Source: Lentibacillus sp. (GTDB taxonomy: Bacteria > Bacillota > Bacilli > Bacillales > Amphibacillaceae). Taken from it: DNA of 64,000 bases. Below are positions 57,962 to 64,000 of this stretch, in pieces. Positions within the stretch are counted from its first letter, which is position 1. Every line of letters starts with the position of its first letter. Under the pieces are notes generated by a model, which was given only the letters and a program-made list of their open reading frames with translations, was not told where the DNA came from and searched no databases. A program made the translations under genes and the position numbers. The DNA lies in assembly GCF_035301675.1 (NCBI RefSeq), contig NZ_DATGTT010000017.1:1662-65661 (forward strand), in the 5' to 3' direction.

Positions 57962-59839
57962 TTAGCTTTTCAACTCCTCTGCCAGAAGTGAAAGCTCTTC
58001 CCAGCGTTCCATTTTCGCTTCCAGTTTCTCCTCGATTGCCTGCTGTTCCTTATAAAGCTCCTGTACTTTTCCGGCATCGCTTCCGGCACCGGCTATCCGC
58101 TCCTGAAGATTTTCAAGCGCGGTCTCCAGTTCTGTTATATCATCTTCAATTGTTTCCCATTCCAGTTTCTCATTATAGGACATTTTCTTTTTTCGGGCCA
58201 GTTTTTGTTCAGGCTTTCTTGACGGTTTTCGTTCGTGCTGTTTTTGCTCTTCTTTTTCCCGGTCCAAAAATTCGCTGTAGTTGCCGTAGAAATGTTCAAT
58301 CGGTTTATGTTCTTTAAAAACAAGCATATGATCAACGACCCGATCGAGGAAATATCGGTCGTGCGATACTGTGATGACAACGCCCGGAAATTGATCCAAA
58401 TATTCTTCAAGGACGCCCAGCGTCTGTGTATCCAGGTCATTGGTTGGCTCATCCAGCAGCAGAACGTTTGGTTCCGACATAAGAACCTTCAGCAAATAAA
58501 GACGGCGCCGTTCCCCGCCGGACAATTTCCGGATATAATTCCATTGTTCACGGCGCGAGAATAAAAATCGCTCCAGCATTTGTTCCGCCGTAATGACATC
58601 ACCATTCTTTGTATGGACAACCTCGGCAACTTCCCGGATATACTCGATAAGCCGCTTATCCCCATCAAGTTCTTCAGCACCCTGCGTATAGTAGCCGATT
58701 TTGACAGTTGGCCCGACTTCAATTTCGCCTTTATCAGGTGTGGTCCGTCCGGCTATGATATTCAAAAGCGTTGTTTTTCCCGAGCCGTTCGGCCCCACAA
58801 TCCCGAGACGATCTCCCGGGACGACCAGAAAATCAAAATCCTCTATCAGCTGTCCGGAACCGTAACTTTTTTCAATCCCCTCAAGCTCGATCACTTTTTT
58901 GCCAAGCCGTGTGGCTCCTGCCTCAAAAGACACATCCCGGGATTCAGTATCAAATGTTTGCTTTTGCATTTCCTGAACCCGTTCAACGCGTGCTTTTTGC
59001 TTGGTCCCGCGTGCTTTCGGTCCCCGCTTCAGCCAGGCAAGTTCACGGCGCAATGTATTCCGTTGCTTTTCTTCATAGCTTCTTTCCAGTGCTTCCCGTT
59101 CCGCTTTTTTCTCCAAAAACAATTCATAGTTGCCGTCATAAGTATAAAGATTGCCTTTATCCAACTCGAAAATCTGATTAGTGACCCGGTTCAAAAAGTA
59201 ACGGTCGTGCGTTACAAGCATCAGTGCACCCTTGTATGATGCCAAATGCTTCTCCAGCCAGTCGACCGTCTCATTATCAAGATGGTTAGTCGGTTCATCA
59301 AGTATCAGCAAATCCGCGGGCTGAATCAGTGCTTTTGCCAGGGCCACACGCTTTTTCTGACCGCCTGACAGCTCCTCCGTACTTTTATGAAATTCCGTTA
59401 TTCCCAGTTTGGTAAGGATTGTTTTAGCGGCTGTATTGGCTTCCCACGCTTCATGTTCGTCCATTTGCTGCTGTTTCTCCAGCAGCTGCTCCTGAACTTT
59501 TTCATTTTCGGGATCATGCTGCAGCTTAAGCAGCACCTGCTCATATTCGCGCATAACTTTCATGATGGCCGCTTCCCCGTAATAAATTTGCTCGATCACA
59601 TTCAGTCCGGGTTCCAGTTCAGGCTCCTGGGCTAAATATTCAATGTGATAGTGTTTTGCATGATTAATGGTGCCTTTTTCCACTGTATCAATTCCAGCTA
59701 TCACTTTCAGTAATGTTGATTTACCGGTTCCGTTAACACCTATCAGGCCGATCCGGTCATTTGGTTTAATGATACACGAAATATCATTCAGTAATGTTTT
59801 GTCGCCATAAGATTTATATAAATTTTCAACCGTGAGCAT
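57962..59839 (-). CDS. yfmR: ABC-F ATPase (Uup/YfmR-like)
   Basis: Two NBDs (GVNGTGKS, GPNGSGKT), LSGG twice, no TMD, C-terminal coiled coil. Confidence 0.88.
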   Translation of the reverse strand: MLTVENLYKSYGDKTLLNDISCIIKPNDRIGLIGVNGTGKSTLLKVIAGIDTVEKGTINHAKHYHIEYLAQEPELEPGLNVIEQIYYGEAAIMKVMREYEQVLLKLQHDPENEKVQEQLLEKQQQMDEHEAWEANTAAKTILTKLGITEFHKSTEELSGGQKKRVALAKALIQPADLLILDEPTNHLDNETVDWLEKHLASYKGALMLVTHDRYFLNRVTNQIFELDKGNLYTYDGNYELFLEKKAEREALERSYEEKQRNTLRRELAWLKRGPKARGTKQKARVERVQEMQKQTFDTESRDVSFEAGATRLGKKVIELEGIEKSYGSGQLIEDFDFLVVPGDRLGIVGPNGSGKTTLLNIIAGRTTPDKGEIEVGPTVKIGYYTQGAEELDGDKRLIEYIREVAEVVHTKNGDVITAEQMLERFLFSRREQWNYIRKLSGGERRRLYLLKVLMSEPNVLLLDEPTNDLDTQTLGVLEEYLDQFPGVVITVSHDRYFLDRVVDHMLVFKEHKPIEHFYGNYSEFLDREKEEQKQHERKPSRKPEQKLARKKKMSYNEKLEWETIEDDITELETALENLQERIAGAGSDAGKVQELYKEQQAIEEKLEAKMERWEELSLLAEELKS

Positions 59840-59843
59840 GATA

Positions 59844-60041
59844 TTACCTTCCTATTGTTGAATCTTCATCGTTACTCTGTTTCTTAATCAGCTGCTTGAT
59901 TAAAATGACAATTAAGAATAAGAGCCAGGATGTGGCAGCATAAAAAATAAGCTTACTTAACTGATTCATTTCCTGAAAAATGACCGCCATCCCTGTCCAG
60001 ATAAGACCTACTACGACGATTTGATAGACTAATCCCTTAAT
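59844..60041 (-). CDS. Small two-TM membrane protein (65 aa), apparent AUU start
   Basis: GGAGG-8 nt-ATT; two hydrophobic helices; stop adjoins the ABC-F RBS. Confidence 0.55.
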   Translation of the reverse strand: MKGLVYQIVVVGLIWTGMAVIFQEMNQLSKLIFYAATSWLLFLIVILIKQLIKKQSNDEDSTIGR

Positions 60042-60237
60042 TGTAATTGCCTCCAGACATCATATCTTCTACTCCCAGTGTATCTTATTGAGGGCGACTA
60101 TGCCATTACGAAAGCTTGGTAGCCTAACAGCGGTAAACTGCTGATAAACTTAGTGGAATACACCGATAAAAGACTATTTCGGTCCGATAGCGAACGGACA
60201 CGCTTGTTGCCCAGCCAGGTCATGCTAACATGCCCGA

Positions 60238-60717
60238 TCAGCCATTCAACTCCCTGACAACATTAGCTGTTTCAATCGCCGCAGCAGCTGCTTCCGATCC
60301 TTTGTTGCCGGCTTTAGTCCCAGCGCGTTCAATCGCCTGCTCAATCGTTTCAGTCGTCAGCACACCAAAGATAACCGGTTTACCGGATTGCATCGCGGCA
60401 TTGGATATCCCTTTGGCGGCTTCACTGCATACATAGTTGAAATGCGGCGTTGAACCGCGGATAACCGCCCCGAGTGTCACAACAGCATCATATTCGTTCC
60501 TGGCCGCCATTTTCCCGGCAGCCACAGGAATCTCAAATGCGCCCGGCACCCAAGCAATATCAATATTTTCTTCTTTGACGTCATGCCGTTTCAGGGTATC
60601 AACCGCACCTCCCAGCAACTTGCTCGTAATGAAATCATTAAACCGTGCTGCAACAATGCCGATTTTCAAGTCTGAACCGACAAGGCTTCCTTCAAATGTT
60701 TTACCCAAATTGATCAT
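60238..60717 (-). CDS. ribH: 6,7-dimethyl-8-ribityllumazine synthase
   Basis: [34 protein letters not shown]. Confidence 0.97.
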   Translation of the reverse strand: MINLGKTFEGSLVGSDLKIGIVAARFNDFITSKLLGGAVDTLKRHDVKEENIDIAWVPGAFEIPVAAGKMAARNEYDAVVTLGAVIRGSTPHFNYVCSEAAKGISNAAMQSGKPVIFGVLTTETIEQAIERAGTKAGNKGSEAAAAAIETANVVRELNG

Positions 60718-60761
60718 CTCCTATATTGATTATTAAGCATTCTGGCTAAATATGAAGGGGC

Positions 60762-61964
60762 TTAGTCATTATGAAAACTGAATAAATGTCCCATTTTTTG
60801 ATATTTCGTGTGCATGTAGTGTTCATTTTCCGTGGTTGAACCCATCTCAATCGGTACACGTGCGTCGATTTGAATGCCGTGAGACTGAAGCCCCCGCATT
60901 TTTTCTGGATTATTGGTCAAAAGGTTTACTTTTGCTGCACCTAAATCCTTCAAGATCTGAGCACTGATATCATATTCACGCATATCCGGAGCAAACCCCA
61001 GCTGTTCATTCGCTTCAACTGTATCCATTCCTGAATCTTGCAGCTGATAGGCACGCAATTTGTTAATCAGCCCGATTCCGCGACCTTCCTGACGCATGTA
61101 CACGAATACACCGGTACCTGCTTCATTAATTTTATTTAAGGCTTCATGTAGCTGCGACCCGCAATCACAGCGATGGGAACCAAACACATCACCGGTCAGG
61201 CACTCTGAATGCACTCTGGCCAAAACGGACTCTTTCGCATGAACATCACCCTTCACGAGTGCGATATGTTCCTTATCATCCAAATCATTCGTGTAACCAT
61301 ACACGTTAAACGTGCCAAACTCAGTCGGAAGCGTCGTTTCCACAGCCCGTCTGATATGCACTTCATGCTGTTTGCGGTAAGCCATCAGATCAGCTATCGA
61401 GATCAGCTTCAGATCAAATTCATCGGCCATTTTACGTAAATCCGGTACCCGCGCCATTGTGCCGTCGTCTTTGATAACTTCACAAATGACACCTGACGGG
61501 AAGGCATCGCTCAATTCTGCCAGATCAACAGAAGCCTCTGTATGGCCCTGACGCGTTAAAACACCGCCGTCTTTGGCAATCAACGGGAAAACATGACCGG
61601 GCTGCTTAAAATCATCTTCATTAACTTCCGAATCAAGCAGCGCCCGGATTGTTTCAGATCGATCATCAGCACTTATCCCCGTTGTTGTATCTTTGTGATC
61701 TATACTGACAGTAAACGCTGTTCCAAAGGGATCGCTGCTTTGACTTGTCATCATCGGCAGTTTTAGTCTTTCGGCTAAATCCGATTTAATCGATGTACAT
61801 ACAAGTCCCTTTCCATGCGTGATCATAAAATTGATAACATCCGGTGTCGCTTTTTCCGACAGTGCCACCAGGTCACCTTCATTCTCCCTGTCCTCATCAT
61901 CAACGACAATCACCGGTTTTCCTGCTTTCAAATCGTTTACAGCTTCATTGATATTATGAAACAC
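60762..61964 (-). CDS. ribA: Bifunctional DHBP synthase / GTP cyclohydrolase II
   Basis: [41 protein letters not shown]; GTG start 61964 preferred. Confidence 0.96.
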   Translation of the reverse strand: MFHNINEAVNDLKAGKPVIVVDDEDRENEGDLVALSEKATPDVINFMITHGKGLVCTSIKSDLAERLKLPMMTSQSSDPFGTAFTVSIDHKDTTTGISADDRSETIRALLDSEVNEDDFKQPGHVFPLIAKDGGVLTRQGHTEASVDLAELSDAFPSGVICEVIKDDGTMARVPDLRKMADEFDLKLISIADLMAYRKQHEVHIRRAVETTLPTEFGTFNVYGYTNDLDDKEHIALVKGDVHAKESVLARVHSECLTGDVFGSHRCDCGSQLHEALNKINEAGTGVFVYMRQEGRGIGLINKLRAYQLQDSGMDTVEANEQLGFAPDMREYDISAQILKDLGAAKVNLLTNNPEKMRGLQSHGIQIDARVPIEMGSTTENEHYMHTKYQKMGHLFSFHND

Positions 61965-61990
61965 CTTGTCCACTTCCTTCGCTCTTAAAG

Positions 61991-62596
61991 TCAATTGTCA
62001 TAATGCTGCTGACTAAGCATGTTTTTCACATGTTTGGCCAGCATGTCACATTCAATATTCACGATGTCGTTTTTACCTTTATCACCCAAAATCGTCTCGG
62101 ATACTGTATGGGGAATGAGCGATAACGTGAACGTGCTGCCGCTGATGCCGAACACCGTCAGGCTGACGCCATCGACTGCGACGGAGCCTTTCATGATGAA
62201 ATAAATCGCCAGTTCGTCCGGCATTTCGACATCATAATATATTGCATTTTCCTTTTTTTCTTTACGGACAATCGTGCCGACACCATCGACATGGCCAGAA
62301 ACAAAATGGCCACCAAACCTGCCATTTGCAGACATCGAACGTTCAAGATTCACATTCGATCCTTCCGCCAGCATCTGAAGGGAAGTTGCTTTCATTGTTT
62401 CCGGCATGACATCCACCTCAAAGCTTGTATCCGAAAAGGCCGTCACGGTCAGGCAGATACCGTTAATCGAAATGCTGTCACCGACTTGGACGTCTTCCAG
62501 CACGTTTGCCGATTCGATTGTCATCTGAATTGATTTTTCGGAAACCTGTTTTATTTGTTTGATGGTTCCTTTTTCTTCAATAATTCCTGTAAACAT
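61991..62596 (-). CDS. ribE: Riboflavin synthase alpha subunit
   Basis: [22 protein letters not shown]. Confidence 0.97.
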   Translation of the reverse strand: MFTGIIEEKGTIKQIKQVSEKSIQMTIESANVLEDVQVGDSISINGICLTVTAFSDTSFEVDVMPETMKATSLQMLAEGSNVNLERSMSANGRFGGHFVSGHVDGVGTIVRKEKKENAIYYDVEMPDELAIYFIMKGSVAVDGVSLTVFGISGSTFTLSLIPHTVSETILGDKGKNDIVNIECDMLAKHVKNMLSQQHYDN

Positions 62597-63686
62597 CTGT
62601 ATTGTCCTTTCGCGGTTCCGCTATGATTTTAATGTCCCTGCCAATCATTTCCACATTTGTTATATCCAGCGGCACTGTTTCTGTCATACGCTTAAAGCCG
62701 TTGCCTGCAATCGATGACGGGGCATCTTTTCCACCAATCAATTTTGGGGCCACGTATTGCACAAGCTGATTGATTTTCCCGCTTTCCAGAAAAGAACCAT
62801 TCACTGCAGCACCGCCTTCCACGAATAATGACATGATCTTTTGATTCCCCAAATAATTGAGCACAGTGCCGGGATCCAATGACTCAAGCGGAATAATGCT
62901 CACACCGCTCTTTTCTCGAAAAGGCTCCACTTGCTCTTCTGTGATATTTTGCTCAGTGAAAATCCATGTAACAGCTTGTTGATCATTGACGACATACGCA
63001 TCCATTGGCGTACGGAGACCATTGTCAAGAATGATGCGCAGCGGGTTCTTTCCGCCATTCGGGGTACGTGCTGTCAGGCTCGGATTGTCAGCGATGACTG
63101 TATTCACGCCCGCCAGAATCGCATCGTGGGTATGACGATACTGATGGACATCGCTCCTTGCCTCTTCACTGGTCACCCATTTGCTGTCACCCGTATGTGT
63201 TGCCGTTTTCCCGTCCAGGCTGACAGCAGACTTCATCGTGACGTAAGGTGTTTTTGTTCGGGCGAAATGGAAAAAATACTTGTTTACTGCCGCTGCTTCT
63301 TTTTGCAGCACACCCAATTCAACATGGACACCTGCTGTTTTCAATTTTTCAATCCCGCGTCCGGCGACTTTTTCATTCGGATCCTTTATGGCAATGACCG
63401 CCCGGCTTATCCCCTTTTCAATGATCAAATCAGCACAAGGCGGTGTTTTTCCGTGATGGCTGCATGGTTCCAGTGTGACATATATAGTGGCACCTTTTGC
63501 TCGTTCTCCAGCCATTTGGAGCGAATGAACTTCTGCATGCATCGCCCCCGCCTTTAAATGTGCGCCTAAGCCCAGGACCTCCCCATTTTTGACAACCACT
63601 GCACCTACCGGAGGATTCGGACTTGTTTGTCCTGAAACAGATCTGGCCAGGTTAAGTGCCATTTGCATATAATGTTCGTCGTTCAT
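62577..63686 (-). CDS. ribD: Bifunctional riboflavin deaminase/reductase
   Basis: PNPPVG, HAEV, TLEPCSHHGKTPPC, SLDGK, VEGG. Confidence 0.97.
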   Translation of the reverse strand: MNDEHYMQMALNLARSVSGQTSPNPPVGAVVVKNGEVLGLGAHLKAGAMHAEVHSLQMAGERAKGATIYVTLEPCSHHGKTPPCADLIIEKGISRAVIAIKDPNEKVAGRGIEKLKTAGVHVELGVLQKEAAAVNKYFFHFARTKTPYVTMKSAVSLDGKTATHTGDSKWVTSEEARSDVHQYRHTHDAILAGVNTVIADNPSLTARTPNGGKNPLRIILDNGLRTPMDAYVVNDQQAVTWIFTEQNITEEQVEPFREKSGVSIIPLESLDPGTVLNYLGNQKIMSLFVEGGAAVNGSFLESGKINQLVQYVAPKLIGGKDAPSSIAGNGFKRMTETVPLDITNVEMIGRDIKIIAEPRKDNTDVYRNY

Positions 63687-63749
63687 AGCTGTTTCCTCCT
63701 TGTAAAAAACCGCCGGGATTTAAGCAAAAACCCTTCAATTTAGGTATTA

Positions 63750-63780
63750 AAAAAGCCCCTGAATTCGCTTCAGAGGCATA
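63750..63780 (-). terminator. Expression-platform terminator of the FMN riboswitch
   Basis: GCCTCTGAA-gcga-ATTCAGGGGC-TTTTT on the minus strand upstream of ribD. Confidence 0.75.
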
Positions 63781-63890
63781 AGGACAGAATTTTAATCATA
63801 TCGTTTGTTGTTCGAACAGACCAAGCATATTGCAACGGAAAAAGAAGCCAGCTGCATACACTTGTCCCTGTATTAAACGATTTGAAAAAA

Positions 63891-64000
63891 TCCCTTCTCC
63901 CATCCAGACTGTCACTGTCGGTTCCGGAGTTTCACCGGATCCACCGCTTGGCTAAAAACCGCACGGGTAGCGGACTCGGAAGCTATGCCTCATCACCGCC
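63891..64000 (-). ncRNA. FMN riboswitch (RFN element), 5' part beyond the window
   Basis: GGCGGT...AGTCCGC...GATCCGGTGAAACTCCGGAACCGACAGT...AGTCTGGATGGGAGAAGG upstream of the rib operon. Confidence 0.95.

Noticed and set aside
58580-59239. Long antisense ORFs (also 45064-45636, 62931-63557, 26757-27227, 42325-42825)
   Set aside because: Shadows of well-supported genes on the opposite strand, with no RBS or protein-like motifs

Overview
Chromosomal window from a spore-forming Bacillaceae member (Lentibacillus/Virgibacillus-like by gene content and order; inference). Most of it is backbone syntenic with the B. subtilis yga/yfh/yfk regions (perR, bcp, gsaB, ntdP, sspE, mutY, recX, clpE, pdaA, yfkD/F/H/I/J, mreBH). 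It ends with the ribDEAH operon under a truncated FMN riboswitch. No rRNA, tRNA, CRISPR array, prophage or intact transposase was seen. The main candidate novelty is a 39.5-50.9 kb cluster that reads as a self-contained L-lysine catabolic route. Proposed order: lysine 6-dehydrogenase, ALDH7-like dehydrogenase, aminotransferase, orphan ThDP enzyme (proposed non-oxidative 2-oxoadipate decarboxylase), GabD-like dehydrogenase, SUGCT-like CoA transferase, glutaryl-CoA dehydrogenase. It includes an IclR regulator and a DUF3870-like protein and sits back-to-back with kynU-kynB-kynA. Other signals: a dense DnaA-box cluster far from dnaA (14.6-14.8 kb), an unannotated small membrane protein that appears to start at AUU, same-strand 20-bp tandem arrays at four loci, and several MITE-like repeat families with distinct positional preferences. 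All family assignments come from recognising motifs by eye, not from database searches.
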